A stretch of 64,000 nucleotides of DNA from Gammaproteobacteria bacterium (lineage in GTDB: Bacteria; Pseudomonadota; Gammaproteobacteria; JABABF01). The position numbers and the translations under genes are program-made. The notes under the pieces are model-generated. The model saw nothing but the letters and a program-made list of their open reading frames with translations. It was not told where the DNA came from and searched no databases. This document shows positions 36,503-47,290 of the stretch, piece after piece. How positions within the stretch are numbered: the first letter of the stretch is position 1; the number at the start of each line of letters is the position of its first letter. Where the stretch lies: positions 160,001 to 224,000 of the forward strand of contig OZ250153.1 of the NCBI GenBank assembly GCA_965237805.1. Direction: 5' to 3'.

Positions 36503-36980
36503 GCTCGACCAGCAGGGTCGTCCCGCATTGCTTGAAGACAGCTGGCAGCTAGTCGACGCAGGGCAGCTATCGGCACAGTGCGGGCCGTGCATTCTGCCGT
36601 TGGAACTGTGGTTGCAAGCCCCGCGCAATGCCGCCGACGGCCTGTGGCTGAACGGTGGCGATCGCTTGGAGCTGCTGGGCGAGAGCGGTGCACTGCCGCC
36701 GCTGATCGCCGTGCATTTTCCACGCCTTGCCGATGGTCGAGGCTTTTCCACTGCCCGTCTGTTGCGCGGGCGTTACGGCTTCGGTGGAGAGTTGCGTGCC
36801 ATCGGCCATTTCATGTCCGATCAGCTGTTCTATCTCAGGCGCTGTGGCTTTGATGCCTTCGCGCCGAGTGAGCGCGATGAGGCCACATTGAGGCTTTGGC
36901 TAGGGCGCTTTGAAGACCTGCGAGCTGCTTACCAAGGGGGAGCCGATGCACTGTCTCCATTGCTGCGGCAAGAAGGCTAA
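36486..36980 (+). CDS. DUF934 domain protein
   Basis: FP...DGRGFSTARLLR.RYGF.GELRA.G, DQLFYLRRCGFDAF; usual partner of cysI. Confidence 0.92.
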   Translation: MPQLIKLDQQGRPALLEDSWQLVDAGQLSAQCGPCILPLELWLQAPRNAADGLWLNGGDRLELLGESGALPPLIAVHFPRLADGRGFSTARLLRGRYGFGGELRAIGHFMSDQLFYLRRCGFDAFAPSERDEATLRLWLGRFEDLRAAYQGGADALSPLLRQEG

Positions 36981-37017
36981 ATCCGGCGATGCCCCGCGCG
37001 CCGAGCTAGCGCTGTGC

Positions 37018-37950
37018 TCAGATCGCTTTTTCGAATTCCGGCACCGCTTCGAATAGGTCTGCCACCAAGCCGTAGTCGGCCACTTGGAAGATCGGTGCCT
37101 CTTCATCCTTGTTGATGGCGACGATCACTTTGCTGTCTTTCATGCCTGCCAAGTGTTGGATGGCACCGGAGATGCCGACTGCTATGTACAGCTGTGGGGC
37201 GACTATTTTGCCGGTTTGCCCGACCTGCATATCATTGGGCACGAAGCCGGCATCCACCGCTGCTCTGGAGGCACCGACGGCCGCGCCCAGCTTATCGGCC
37301 ACCGCCTCCAGCAACGCGAAGTTCTCGCCGTTGCCCATGCCGCGCCCGCCAGAGATCACCACGGATGCGCTGGTCAACTCCGGGCGCTCGGATTCACTTT
37401 GCTGTTCGTCGACGAATCCGGACAAGCCACTGTCGGCTGCGACGCTGGACGAGAAAGTCTCGATCGGTGCCGGATTGTCATTATCGGCGACCGGGTCGAA
37501 GGCGGTGCTGCGCACAGTGAGCAGCTTGACCACATCGAGGAGGCGCACGGTGGCGATCAGATTGCCAGCGTAAACCGGTCGCTGAAAGCAGTCCTCGCTT
37601 GCCACAGCGATGATGTCGGACAGCTGCGCCACACCGAGCAACGCGGCCACCCTCGGTGCGATGTTTTTGCCATCGGTACTGGCGGCAAAGAGGATATGGC
37701 TGTGCCCGGTTGCGGCCTCGACCACCAGCGGAGCCATGTTTTCAGCCAATTGATTGGCATAGGCTGGGTCGTCGGCCAGCAAGACCTTGGACACGCCAGC
37801 GAGCTTGGCCGCCTGCTCGGCGACGGTGGCGCAACCGCTACCGCCCACCAGTAGCTCGGCCTCGCCCAGCTGGGAGGCAGCCTGCATCACATTGCGTGTG
37901 GCCGCTTTGAGCTGCTGATTATTGTGATCAGCAATCACTAGAACAGTCAT
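37018..37950 (-). CDS. etfA: Electron transfer flavoprotein alpha subunit
   Basis: SGGRG, GASRAAVDAG, QVGQTGK, GISGAIQHLAGM. Confidence 0.96.
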   Translation of the reverse strand: MTVLVIADHNNQQLKAATRNVMQAASQLGEAELLVGGSGCATVAEQAAKLAGVSKVLLADDPAYANQLAENMAPLVVEAATGHSHILFAASTDGKNIAPRVAALLGVAQLSDIIAVASEDCFQRPVYAGNLIATVRLLDVVKLLTVRSTAFDPVADNDNPAPIETFSSSVAADSGLSGFVDEQQSESERPELTSASVVISGGRGMGNGENFALLEAVADKLGAAVGASRAAVDAGFVPNDMQVGQTGKIVAPQLYIAVGISGAIQHLAGMKDSKVIVAINKDEEAPIFQVADYGLVADLFEAVPEFEKAI

Positions 37951-38714
37951 GCGATTACCTTCGCTTCATTCCGTAGTTTATCAATGAGCTCCTCGACCGA
38001 CGCCACCCGCACGCCAGCTTGGCGCTCGGGTGGCGGCAGCACTTTGAGCACTTCCATCTGCGCTGTCATATCGACTGACAATTCATCAGGACTGAGCTCG
38101 GCAATCTCTTTTCTCTTGGCCTTCATGATGTTCGGTAGGGAGGCGTAGCGCGGCTCGTTAAGGCGCAGATCGGTGGTGACCACCGCGGGCAATTGCAAGG
38201 ATACCGTCTGCAGGCCGCCGTCCACCTCCCGTGTCACTTGCACATAGTCGCCGTCGTCGGAGAATTGCAGCTCCGAGGCGAAAGTGCCCTGCGAGCGCCC
38301 CCACAGCGCCGCCAACATCTGCCCCACTTGGTTGTTGTCGCCATCGATAGACTGCTTGCCTAGCAGCGCTAATGCGCAGGGCTCACGCTGCAAAAAACTG
38401 TGCAGGGCGCGCGCCACCGCCAATGGCTCGGGCAGCTGGTCGCCGCAGTTGATCAAGACACCGCGGTCGGCTCCCAGCGCCAAGGCGGCGCGGATTTGCT
38501 CTTTGCAGGCCGCGCCGCCCACCGAGATGGCGATGATTTCCTCGGCGATGCCCTTTTCTTTAAGCCGAACCGCCTCTTCCACGGCGATCTCACAAAAAGG
38601 ATTGATCGCCATTTTGACATTGTCCAAGTCGGGACCACTACCATCGCTCTTGCCCCGCACTTTGACATAGGCATCGGTCACGCGTTTTATTGCCACCATC
38701 ACTTTTATCGGCAT
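37947..38714 (-). CDS. etfB: Electron transfer flavoprotein beta subunit
   Basis: NPFCEIAVEEA, GKQSIDGD, REVDGG, LNEPRYASLPNIMKAK. Confidence 0.96.
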   Translation of the reverse strand: MPIKVMVAIKRVTDAYVKVRGKSDGSGPDLDNVKMAINPFCEIAVEEAVRLKEKGIAEEIIAISVGGAACKEQIRAALALGADRGVLINCGDQLPEPLAVARALHSFLQREPCALALLGKQSIDGDNNQVGQMLAALWGRSQGTFASELQFSDDGDYVQVTREVDGGLQTVSLQLPAVVTTDLRLNEPRYASLPNIMKAKRKEIAELSPDELSVDMTAQMEVLKVLPPPERQAGVRVASVEELIDKLRNEAKVIA

Positions 38715-38829
38715 CGCAGCGACCTCTGCTGACAGGACATCAATCTCTCATTGTCGCAATAACGCATCGGTCGGTCAACTGAGAGCTGAGCAGGCGACTT
38801 ATAATTTAGGCCAGATACAACGGGGAAAT

Positions 38830-40488
38830 ATGGCGATGGAACGCGAAAAGATGGAAGTCGATGTGCTGATCGTCGGTGCTGGCCCAGCCGGTTTGGGAGC
38901 CGCCTGTCGCCTGGCGCAAATCGCGCGTGAGCAACAGCGCGAGCTCAGCATCTGTGTGTTGGAAAAAGGTTCCGAGGTGGGTGCCCACATTCTTTCCGGG
39001 GCAGTGTTCGAGCCCACCGCGCTGAACGAGTTGTTCCCGGATTGGAAAGAGCGCGGTGCGCCGCTGAATACACCGGTGGAGCACGACCACATCTACTATC
39101 TGAGCAGCGCGCGGCGGGCACTGCCGGTACCCGGCTTGTTTGCATCTCGGCAGATGCACAACAAGGGCAATTACATCATTAGCCTTGGCGTGTTGTGCCG
39201 CTGGTTGGCGGAGCAAGCCGAGGCGCTGGGCGTGGATATCTTCCCCGGCTTTGCCGCCATCGAACTGCTATTCGACGACGATGGCCGCGTCGCCGGTGTG
39301 CTGAGCGGTGATATGGGCTTGGCTGCCGACGGCAGTCCCGGCGAGGGTTATGCTCCCGGCATGGAGCTGCGCGCCGCCTACACGCTGTTTGCCGAGGGCT
39401 GCCGCGGCCATTTGGGCTTGGAGCTGATGCGCCGCTTCGATTTGAACGATGGTCGTGATGCGCAGCACTACGCGCTCGGTATCAAGGAGTTGTGGCAGGT
39501 GGCACCGGAGCGGCACCGCCCCGGCAGTGTGGTGCACTGCATTGGTTGGCCGTTGGCGCAACACAGTGCCCTCGGCGGTGGCTTTCTCTATCACTTGGAT
39601 GGTGGTCAAGTCTCGCTCGGCTTGGTCACCGACCTCAATTATGACAACCCCTATCTTGACCCTTTCGAAGAGTTTCAGCGCCTGAAGCAGCATCCGCTGA
39701 TGCGCGATGTCTTGCTCGGCGGCGAGCGCGTCGCCTACGGTGCCCGCGCCATCACCAAGGGAGGGCTACAGTCCTTGCCGCGTATGCATTTTCCCGGCGG
39801 TTTGCTGATTGGTTGCGATGCTGGTACCTTGAATAACGCCAAGATCAAAGGCTCACACACGGCGATGAAATCAGGTATGTTGGCGGCCGAGAGTGTCGCG
39901 GCAGCTCTGGCAGAAGAGCGCTATGGAGAGGATCTGGTCGACTTTGCTCAGCGCTTTGGCGACTCGTGGCTATGGCGCGAACTACATGTTCAGCGCAATT
40001 TTGGTCCCGCCCAGCACCGCCTCGGCAATCTGTGGGGATCAGCCTATGCTTGGCTGGATCTGAATTTGGCGCGCGGTCGGCTACCGTGGACTTGGCGCGA
40101 CCGTCGCCCCGACCATGAGGGCATGCGCCGAGCCGATTCGAAGCTGATGATCGATTACCCCAAGCCGGATGGCAAGATCAGTTTTGATCGTTTGTCCTCG
40201 GTCTATCTTTCCAACACCAACCACCGCGAGGGGCAACCCTGTCACCTGCAGCTGGCCGATCCCGAGCTGCCGATACGCGACAACTTGCCACAGTATGCCG
40301 AGCCGGCACAGCGCTATTGTCCGGCGGCAGTCTACGAAATCGTGGATGGAGCGGACGGCGCTCCCCACTTCCAAATCAATGCTCAGAACTGCGTGCATTG
40401 CAAGACTTGTGACATCAAGGATCCGGCGGCCAATATCCGCTGGGTACCACCAGAGGGCGGTGGCGGGCCGAGCTACCCCAATATGTGA
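38830..40488 (+). CDS. ETF-ubiquinone oxidoreductase
   Basis: VGAGPAGL, EKGSEVGAHILSG, KIKGSH.AMKSG, YCPA.VYE, NCVHCKTCDIKDP; TATAAT at 38800-38805. Confidence 0.96.
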   Translation: MAMEREKMEVDVLIVGAGPAGLGAACRLAQIAREQQRELSICVLEKGSEVGAHILSGAVFEPTALNELFPDWKERGAPLNTPVEHDHIYYLSSARRALPVPGLFASRQMHNKGNYIISLGVLCRWLAEQAEALGVDIFPGFAAIELLFDDDGRVAGVLSGDMGLAADGSPGEGYAPGMELRAAYTLFAEGCRGHLGLELMRRFDLNDGRDAQHYALGIKELWQVAPERHRPGSVVHCIGWPLAQHSALGGGFLYHLDGGQVSLGLVTDLNYDNPYLDPFEEFQRLKQHPLMRDVLLGGERVAYGARAITKGGLQSLPRMHFPGGLLIGCDAGTLNNAKIKGSHTAMKSGMLAAESVAAALAEERYGEDLVDFAQRFGDSWLWRELHVQRNFGPAQHRLGNLWGSAYAWLDLNLARGRLPWTWRDRRPDHEGMRRADSKLMIDYPKPDGKISFDRLSSVYLSNTNHREGQPCHLQLADPELPIRDNLPQYAEPAQRYCPAAVYEIVDGADGAPHFQINAQNCVHCKTCDIKDPAANIRWVPPEGGGGPSYPNM

Positions 40489-40508
40489 GCCGAAACCCTG
40501 TGCGCAGC

Positions 40509-41054
40509 TCAGCAGTGGGCCGATCCCAGCTCGAAGCGCCGACCGCCAGAGCAGATAAAAAAGCGCCTCTCTAGCCCCTCCCCCGGCTCGCTCTCGGCCC
40601 ATTCGACCAATTGATAGAAGACGCCGGGGACGAGGCGTGCCTCCAAACCGTCGTGGAGGCTGAGATAAGGACGGGGCTCGCTGCTACCCGCAGCTAGTTC
40701 GATGCGCAAGGGGTGCTCTTTGCCAGCCTCAAAATACTGGTCTAGGTTGCTACGGAACTTTAGGTTTTTCCCATCGCGTTCGACCGCCACTGCCAAAAAG
40801 GCGGTGTCGTCGACCGCAATGCGCCATTTTTCCACCGGCGTTACTAGATAGTGGTGGCTGTCCGTCTCGCACCGCAACACTGAGGCGAATAGCCGCACCA
40901 GTCCTTGACGTCGAATCTTGCGACCTTCGTGCCACCAGCTGCCATCGCGGGCGATGCGGATGTCGATGTCACCGCACAGCGGCGGATCCCAACGTCGTCC
41001 CCGGCTGTCGGGGGCGGCTAGCTGGCGTTGGAGCGAGTCGGTGTGCGCACTCAC
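40509..41054 (-). CDS. DUF1285 domain protein
   Basis: WDPP.CGDIDIRI.RDGSW, LVRLFASVL, LVTPVEK, RPYL...GLEA; GTG start at 41054 inferred. Confidence 0.88.
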   Translation of the reverse strand: MSAHTDSLQRQLAAPDSRGRRWDPPLCGDIDIRIARDGSWWHEGRKIRRQGLVRLFASVLRCETDSHHYLVTPVEKWRIAVDDTAFLAVAVERDGKNLKFRSNLDQYFEAGKEHPLRIELAAGSSEPRPYLSLHDGLEARLVPGVFYQLVEWAESEPGEGLERRFFICSGGRRFELGSAHC

Positions 41055-41062
41055 CCGTGTCC

Positions 41063-42310
41063 TCAGCTTGTGTCCGAGTCCATCGATTGCGACAGCAGCC
41101 GCACACGCACGATCCCATCCAGTGCTTCGATGCGCGCACACAGGTCGGCAGGTGGGTCTTGGTCGAGATCGATCAGGTTGTAGGCGATATCGCCGCGGCT
41201 GCTGTTCTGCATATTGGCGACATTCAACTCGTTGTCTGCCAGCACCGACAGGATCGCATTAAGCTGCCGCGGCAGGTTGTGGTTGCTGACACTCAGACGG
41301 TAGGGGGTGTGCCACTCGAGCGCGCTGTCTGGGAAATTGACTCCGTGCTCGATGTCGCCAGTGTCGAGAAAATCTGCGATTTGGCGTACTGCCATCACCG
41401 CACAATTGCGCTCAGCCTCGACCGTGCTGGCTCCGAGGTGTGGAAAACACAGCACATCGTCGCGATCGGCCAGCTCCTCGCTGTAGAAATCGCTGGCGTA
41501 GGCCGCGAGGTAGCCATCCTCCAAAGCTCTGCGCACGGCCGCTGGGTTCACGATCGGTGCGCGGGCAAAATTGAGCAGGCAGCTGCCTTGCTGCTTGCGG
41601 CAATGTTGTAGCAGCGTGTCGTCGACCAAGCCCACGGTGGCTGCCAGCAAGGGGACATGCACACTCAGGAACTCGTTCTGCTCAAATAGTGCGGCGGGCG
41701 ATTCGTGCCAGTGCAAGTTGTTTGGCAGCTGTGCGCGCTGTTGTTCGGATAAGCCCGGATCAAATCCGCTGACGCGCATGCCCAAGCCGAGGGCGGCTTC
41801 GGCCACCCGATGTCCGATGGCTCCTAGACCCATCACACCCAGTGTGCGATCGCGCAGTTCCACGCCAGAGTAGTCGCGCTTGATCTGCTCGATGTAGCGC
41901 TGTGGCGACAAGCCGCCAGTGGTGTCGCCACCCCCTCGCAGCTGCTCTTGTCGCAATGCTTCCACTCGCCGCAGCGCTGGCCACAGCTGCCGCGAGATGA
42001 TCAGCATCGCCGCCAGCACCAATTCTCGCACTGCATTGGCATTGGCACCTGGCGTGTTGAGCACTGGGATGCCCTGCTCTAAGCAGTGCAGGAGCGGGAT
42101 GTTGTCGGTGCCTGTGCCAGCGCGCGCTATCACTTGTACCGAAGCGGGGATGTCACTGGGCTCCAAGCGCTGGCTACGCAATAAAATCGCATCTGGTAAT
42201 TCACACTCGGCAGCATCTGAGCAGATCTGGATGCCGCGCTGCTCAAGCAACTCGAGCCCGTGCGGGTCGATCTGGTTAAAGACCAGCACCCGGTGGCGGT
42301 AGCTTGGCAT
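41063..42310 (-). CDS. serA: D-3-phosphoglycerate dehydrogenase with ACT domain
   Basis: IARAGTGTDNI, NTPGANANAV.EL, GLGAIG, LNFAR, PHLGAST.EAE, C-terminal ACT domain. Confidence 0.88.
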   Translation of the reverse strand: MPSYRHRVLVFNQIDPHGLELLEQRGIQICSDAAECELPDAILLRSQRLEPSDIPASVQVIARAGTGTDNIPLLHCLEQGIPVLNTPGANANAVRELVLAAMLIISRQLWPALRRVEALRQEQLRGGGDTTGGLSPQRYIEQIKRDYSGVELRDRTLGVMGLGAIGHRVAEAALGLGMRVSGFDPGLSEQQRAQLPNNLHWHESPAALFEQNEFLSVHVPLLAATVGLVDDTLLQHCRKQQGSCLLNFARAPIVNPAAVRRALEDGYLAAYASDFYSEELADRDDVLCFPHLGASTVEAERNCAVMAVRQIADFLDTGDIEHGVNFPDSALEWHTPYRLSVSNHNLPRQLNAILSVLADNELNVANMQNSSRGDIAYNLIDLDQDPPADLCARIEALDGIVRVRLLSQSMDSDTS

Positions 42311-42339
42311 CAGCGCATGTCCGGTGCTGTGCGTGGCGG

Positions 42340-44232
42340 CTATTGCACCGACGCCGACAGCAAGATATAGCGGCGGTAGCTGCGGTCTTCGCTGTCGCCG
42401 AACTGGCGGCGCATATTCTGTTGCCAATCGCGCCGTTGTTGCGGCGACAGTAGCTGCTGATCGAGTTGTTGGAGCGAGAGCAGCGCGAGTACCGCTTGGG
42501 AGCCGTCCGGCAGCTGCACTGTGGTCACGCTCTTCGTGCCGGTGGACGGTGCCGGTAGCCGGAAAGCCGCACGCACCACTTCGTTCGGTGTTCCCTCGCT
42601 ACCGTAGCGTAGTAAGTTGGGGCGTGCGTACCATTCGTAGCCACCATTGTGTGCCAGCTCGTCGACAGTCGTTTGGGCATCATGGTTCAGCTGCCGCTCC
42701 AAGTGTTGCGCCTCTTCCCGCAACCACTGTGCACTGAGCTCGGAGCTCAGATCTTCGCGCAGCGCTGGCTCGGCCTCGGCAAAGCTCAGCAGGCGGGACG
42801 GCGTGCGCTCGGCGAGGCGCAACACCACAGTGCGTTCATCATCTTCGTCCACACCGAGTTCTATTGGCTGGCTGTTTTCGCCCTGCTCTAGCACCGCCTC
42901 AGAAAAGGCCGCAGCGCGCAGCTTGGGATAGGCTGCGAGGCCTTCTGCTGTCAAGTCATTTTTGCTGAACGGGCTGCTACGCGACAGCTCGATGGCCATG
43001 GCCTCGGCCACCGAGTCCAAATCCGAGGCGTTGAAGCTGAGCTCGGCGAGGCGCTCCTGCGCTTGGCGGTAGGTGGCCTCGGAATAGATCTGTTGCAAGC
43101 GCTGACGGATTTCCGCTCCGCGTTTGGCATAGTCCGGCACTACTGTCTCGAGGCGATGCAAGAAATGCAGGCCAGCTTCGGAGCGTACTGGAGCCAGTGT
43201 GATCTCACCGGGAGAGAGCGCCACCAACGCATTGTAGAGCGCCGCCGGCAAGTCGCCGGAAGTGACAGTGCCGAGTACACCGCCCTCTTCGGCATTGAGC
43301 AAGTCATCGGAATATTCTGCCGACAACTCGGCAAAATCCTCGCCAGCAGTCAAGCGCTTGCGCAGCTGCGCGACGCGCTCTCCAGCTGCGATGTCTTCGT
43401 CGCTGCCATCGTCCGCGATCAGTATATGAGCCGCTTCGATGCGAGCACTCAACATCGTCAGTTCTTGATCGTAGTAGCTGCGCACCTGCTTCTCATCAAT
43501 ATTCTGGTAAAAGGCAGAGCGCCTGAGTGCGAGCGCTTCGATAGAGATCATCTCTGGTTGCCGGTACTCTTCTCGCTTGGTCTCGAAAGCTTCCTGCAAT
43601 GCCTGTTCATCCAATTTGATGTGCTCTTGTGCCGCTTGGGGTGAGAGCAGCATATAGCGTATGGCACGCCGTTCCGAGGCCACGCCAAGCAAATCCTGCA
43701 ACTCGGTCTCGGTGGTGAACTCCGACAGCTGAGTCACCGCAGACAGCTGCGAGATCAACAGCGAGTCGTGTTGTATTTCGCGGTACCAAGCGGGCGTATA
43801 GCCACCCTGTTGCAGCTGCCATTCGTAACGCTGGGGCGAGAAGCGCCCGGCCTCTTGAAACTGGCTCTGCGCGCGCAGATAGTTGTCGACCCGAGCTTTG
43901 GATAGCGTCAAATCCAGTGAGCGGGCACGTTGTACCAGCGCTTTTCGCGACAGTAGCATGCCCAAGGTCGATTGCCGTAGGGCGGCGACATCAATGGCGG
44001 CAGGATCGACCGCATCGCCTTGGTTCTCCAAGATGCGGCGGCGTTCTTGGTAGGTGTAGCGATCCAATTCGGCCAAGTGCAGTTCTTCGCCATTGATCGT
44101 GGCGATGACGACATTGCCGCCACTGCGACCAAACCAGTTGAAACCGACGAGAGCCAGTGGCAGAGCCAGTAACAGCACGATGATATAGGCACCGACGCCG
44201 CGGACTCTACGGCGCAGTCGTTGTATCAGCAT
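42340..44232 (-). CDS. ppiD: Peptidyl-prolyl isomerase / periplasmic chaperone PpiD
   Basis: N-terminal TM anchor, SurA-N-like region, AAHILI...GEDFAELS.EYSDD...GG.LG parvulin motif; position after hupB. Confidence 0.88.
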   Translation of the reverse strand: MLIQRLRRRVRGVGAYIIVLLLALPLALVGFNWFGRSGGNVVIATINGEELHLAELDRYTYQERRRILENQGDAVDPAAIDVAALRQSTLGMLLSRKALVQRARSLDLTLSKARVDNYLRAQSQFQEAGRFSPQRYEWQLQQGGYTPAWYREIQHDSLLISQLSAVTQLSEFTTETELQDLLGVASERRAIRYMLLSPQAAQEHIKLDEQALQEAFETKREEYRQPEMISIEALALRRSAFYQNIDEKQVRSYYDQELTMLSARIEAAHILIADDGSDEDIAAGERVAQLRKRLTAGEDFAELSAEYSDDLLNAEEGGVLGTVTSGDLPAALYNALVALSPGEITLAPVRSEAGLHFLHRLETVVPDYAKRGAEIRQRLQQIYSEATYRQAQERLAELSFNASDLDSVAEAMAIELSRSSPFSKNDLTAEGLAAYPKLRAAAFSEAVLEQGENSQPIELGVDEDDERTVVLRLAERTPSRLLSFAEAEPALREDLSSELSAQWLREEAQHLERQLNHDAQTTVDELAHNGGYEWYARPNLLRYGSEGTPNEVVRAAFRLPAPSTGTKSVTTVQLPDGSQAVLALLSLQQLDQQLLSPQQRRDWQQNMRRQFGDSEDRSYRRYILLSASVQ

Positions 44233-44291
44233 AGGTGGGATGGGCTCTGCATAGCGAGCCTAGGCAGTTGTAGGTGGCAAAAGGTGGGAAC

Positions 44292-44324
44292 CCCGCTGTA
44301 TCTGGCTTATGAGGATACAGCGGG
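44292..44324 (-). terminator. Hairpin downstream of hupB
   Basis: 11-bp perfect stem CCCGCTGTATC / GATACAGCGGG; weak U-tract. Confidence 0.55.
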
Positions 44325-44350
44325 ATGGGTGTGGCGTGATCCTTAGCGGA

Positions 44351-44629
44351 TTAGTTGCCAGCGACCACTCTCTTGAGCTCGGTACCAGCTTTGAACGCAG
44401 GCACTTTGCGGGCAGCGATATAGATGGTCGCGCCGGTCTGTGGGTTGCGCCCTTGACGTGCATTGCGTTGCTTGACCGAGAAGGAGCCAAAGCCCGCGAG
44501 CACGACGGAATCGCCTTGGCAGAGTGCTTGGGATATGCATTCTTGGACGCTGCTGAGCACGGCGCTTGCGACGACTTTTGAGACATCGGCTCGAGCTGCG
44601 ATTTGATCGACCAGTTCTCCTTTATTCAT
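44351..44629 (-). CDS. hupB: DNA-binding protein HU
   Basis: MNKGELVD, GFGSF, GRNPQTG, PAFKAG; located downstream of lon. Confidence 0.93.
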   Translation of the reverse strand: MNKGELVDQIAARADVSKVVASAVLSSVQECISQALCQGDSVVLAGFGSFSVKQRNARQGRNPQTGATIYIAARKVPAFKAGTELKRVVAGN

Positions 44630-44714
44630 GAGATAGTCCCCCTAATGGACGGTGGTGGTGTTTGCTTGAGTGGAAGCGGATGCCGCTTGTCGACAGCACT
44701 CGCTAATTGCCACT

Positions 44715-44743
44715 ATTTTGGATGATATGTCCCGCTCGGTCAA
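44715..44743 (-). promoter_or_regulatory. Putative sigma70 promoter of hupB
   Basis: TTGACC-N17-CAAAAT on the minus strand. Confidence 0.5.
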
Positions 44744-44791
44744 GGGGGGGGAACGATCAGCTTTGGGGTGACTCAGTACACTCCCGACTGC

Positions 44792-47290
44792 TTAGTGGGT
44801 GGGTTCGATCTCTGCGGTCTGCACATTCAGTGGCAAGCGCTGCTCAGCATCCGGCGGCAACAATACGCCATCGTCGTCGGCCTCTTTGCTGGTAAGCAGC
44901 GGGGCACTCAGGGCGGCGCGCCACACTTCGTCGATCTCCGAGACGAAAATAATTTCTAAACCATCTTTGATTTTATCGTCTAACTCATTGATATGTATTT
45001 TGTTTTCTTCCGGAACTATGACTCTTTTCAAGCGGCTGCGACGGGCCGCGAGCAGTTTTTCTCTGAGCCCGCCCACAGCCAGCACCTTGCCCTGCAAAGT
45101 GATTTCACCGGTCATCGCCACATCGCCGCGCACTGCGATGCGGGTCAAGGCAGAGACCAGTGCAGTGCTCACCGCTACCCCAGCACTGGGGCCGTCTTTG
45201 GGGATACCGCCCTCAGTGGCATGAATATGCACATCGTGTTGCTCAAGAAAATCCGGGGCGATACCGATGGCCGCCGCACGGGCGCGTACTGCAGTCAGCG
45301 CCGCCTGCACCGATTCTTGCATCACATCGCCGAGTGAGCCGGTGCGCTGTTGGCGCGCTTTGCCCATCACCACTGCCGCCTCGATAGTCAGCAGGGTACC
45401 GCCCGCGTCGGTCCAAGCCAAACCGCGGACGCGACCGATGTGGCCGCTGTCGGCTTCTTGGTCGCGTGGATAGCGGCGCACGCCGCAGTATTTGTGCAGG
45501 CGCGCCGGTGTGACGATGGTGGTGGTACTCGGCTTGTTCTTGTCCACGACCGCATTTTCCGCCGCCAACACCACCTTGCGGCAGATGCGTGCGATCAAGC
45601 GCTCCAGTTCGCGCACCCCCGCTTCTCTGGTATAGCCCAGCACCAATTCGCGCAGACTGTTGTTGCGCAGCTGCATTTCGCTCGGTAACAGGCCGCTGTC
45701 GAGCACTTGGCGCGGCACCAGATAGCGCCGGGCAATTTCCATTTTTTCGTCTTCGGTATAGCCGGGTAGGCGAATCATATCCATGCGATCCATCAGCGCT
45801 GGCGAAATGGCCGAACTGTTGGCGGTGCACAGGAACATCACTTCGGAGAGATCGTAATCCAATTCTAGGTAGTGGTCGGCGAAGGCTTTGTTTTGCTCCG
45901 GGTCGAGCACCTCGAGTAGAGCCGCAGCGGGATCGCCGCGGTAGTCCATCCCCATCTTGTCCACTTCGTCGAGCAGGAACAGCGGGTTGCGCACACCGGC
46001 CGAGGCCATTTTCTGCATGATCTTGCCCGGCAGAGAGCCAATATAGGTGCGGCGGTGACCGCGGATCTCCGCTTCGTCGCGCACTCCCCCCAGCGACATG
46101 CGGACATAGGCACGCCCAGTCGCACGGGCGATAGAGCGGCCGAGTGAGGTTTTGCCAACCCCGGGTGGCCCGACCAGACATAGGATCGGACTGCGGGAAT
46201 GGCGGCGCGAGCGCTTGTGCACAGCCAGATATTCCAGCACCCGCTCTTTGACCTCCGTGAGGCCGTAATGGTCCTCGTCGAGCACGCGTTTGGCTTGGGG
46301 TAGATCCAAGCTGAGGCGGCGGCGCTTCTTCCACGGCACGCTGGCAATCCAGTCCAAATGACTGCGCAACATCGAGGCTTCGGTGGACATCGGCGACATC
46401 ATCTTGAACTTGTCCAGCTCGGACAAAACTTTTTTCAACGCCGCCGCCCGCAGACCACTTTTGCGCAGGCGCTGCTCGAGCTGTTGGGCTTCACTCGCCG
46501 CATTGCCGTCTTCATCCAGCTCTTTTTGGATCGCCTTCATCTGCTCGTTGAGGTAGTACTCGCGTTGCGAGCGCTCCACCTGTTTCTTGACCCGTTTGCG
46601 CAGTCGCTTGCCGATATGCACCAGCGATCTCTCGGCTTCTATGCATTCAATCAGATAGGAAATACGATCAGATATATTATATTTTTCAAGTAGTTGTTGG
46701 CGAACTTCCAAGCGAAGCGGCGTGTGCACTGCGATCATGTCGGCCAGTCGCCCGGCATCTTCTTCCGCCTGCATGGTCGCCATCAGCTCGCCAGCGACTT
46801 TGCCGCTGGCCTCGGCGTATTGCTCGAAGCTGTGGCGCAGTTTTTTGGCCAGACCAGAGCGCACCATCAGGCTGCGCGGATCGCTGTCCTCGTCCTCGTT
46901 CAGAGGGACTGCAAAACAGCGGTAGTAGTCATCCAGCTCGATTTGCTCCAAGCGCACACGCTGCTGTCCTTCAACCAGCAATTTGACCACTTGGTTGGAG
47001 ATGTTCTGCGACTGTAGCACCACCGCTTCGACGCCGATGCTGAAGATGTCCTTGGGCTCTGGTTCCTCGCTATCGGCTCGTTTTTGTGCCGCCAATACCA
47101 ATAGGCTGCCATCGCGCACGGCCTCCAAGGCGGCCAAGGATTTGTCGCGGCCAACGAATAGTGAACTCACCGCATGTGGAAAGACCACTGTGTCACGCAA
47201 GGGCAACAGAGGGCACCAAGTGCCCTCCGCCGAGCTGCCGCTACCACTGTCCTTGTCGCTACCAGTTGCCTTGGTGGCTGCGATAGCCAT
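44792..47290 (-). CDS. lon: ATP-dependent protease La
   Basis: LPLRD.VVFP, GPPGVGKT, LLDEVDK, PKDGPSAG, GGLREK. Confidence 0.97.
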   Translation of the reverse strand: MAIAATKATGSDKDSGSGSSAEGTWCPLLPLRDTVVFPHAVSSLFVGRDKSLAALEAVRDGSLLVLAAQKRADSEEPEPKDIFSIGVEAVVLQSQNISNQVVKLLVEGQQRVRLEQIELDDYYRCFAVPLNEDEDSDPRSLMVRSGLAKKLRHSFEQYAEASGKVAGELMATMQAEEDAGRLADMIAVHTPLRLEVRQQLLEKYNISDRISYLIECIEAERSLVHIGKRLRKRVKKQVERSQREYYLNEQMKAIQKELDEDGNAASEAQQLEQRLRKSGLRAAALKKVLSELDKFKMMSPMSTEASMLRSHLDWIASVPWKKRRRLSLDLPQAKRVLDEDHYGLTEVKERVLEYLAVHKRSRRHSRSPILCLVGPPGVGKTSLGRSIARATGRAYVRMSLGGVRDEAEIRGHRRTYIGSLPGKIMQKMASAGVRNPLFLLDEVDKMGMDYRGDPAAALLEVLDPEQNKAFADHYLELDYDLSEVMFLCTANSSAISPALMDRMDMIRLPGYTEDEKMEIARRYLVPRQVLDSGLLPSEMQLRNNSLRELVLGYTREAGVRELERLIARICRKVVLAAENAVVDKNKPSTTTIVTPARLHKYCGVRRYPRDQEADSGHIGRVRGLAWTDAGGTLLTIEAAVVMGKARQQRTGSLGDVMQESVQAALTAVRARAAAIGIAPDFLEQHDVHIHATEGGIPKDGPSAGVAVSTALVSALTRIAVRGDVAMTGEITLQGKVLAVGGLREKLLAARRSRLKRVIVPEENKIHINELDDKIKDGLEIIFVSEIDEVWRAALSAPLLTSKEADDDGVLLPPDAEQRLPLNVQTAEIEPTH

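Noticed and set aside
44233-44350. tRNA genes after hupB or upstream of tig
   Set aside because: No cloverleaf or T-loop GTTCRA pattern found.
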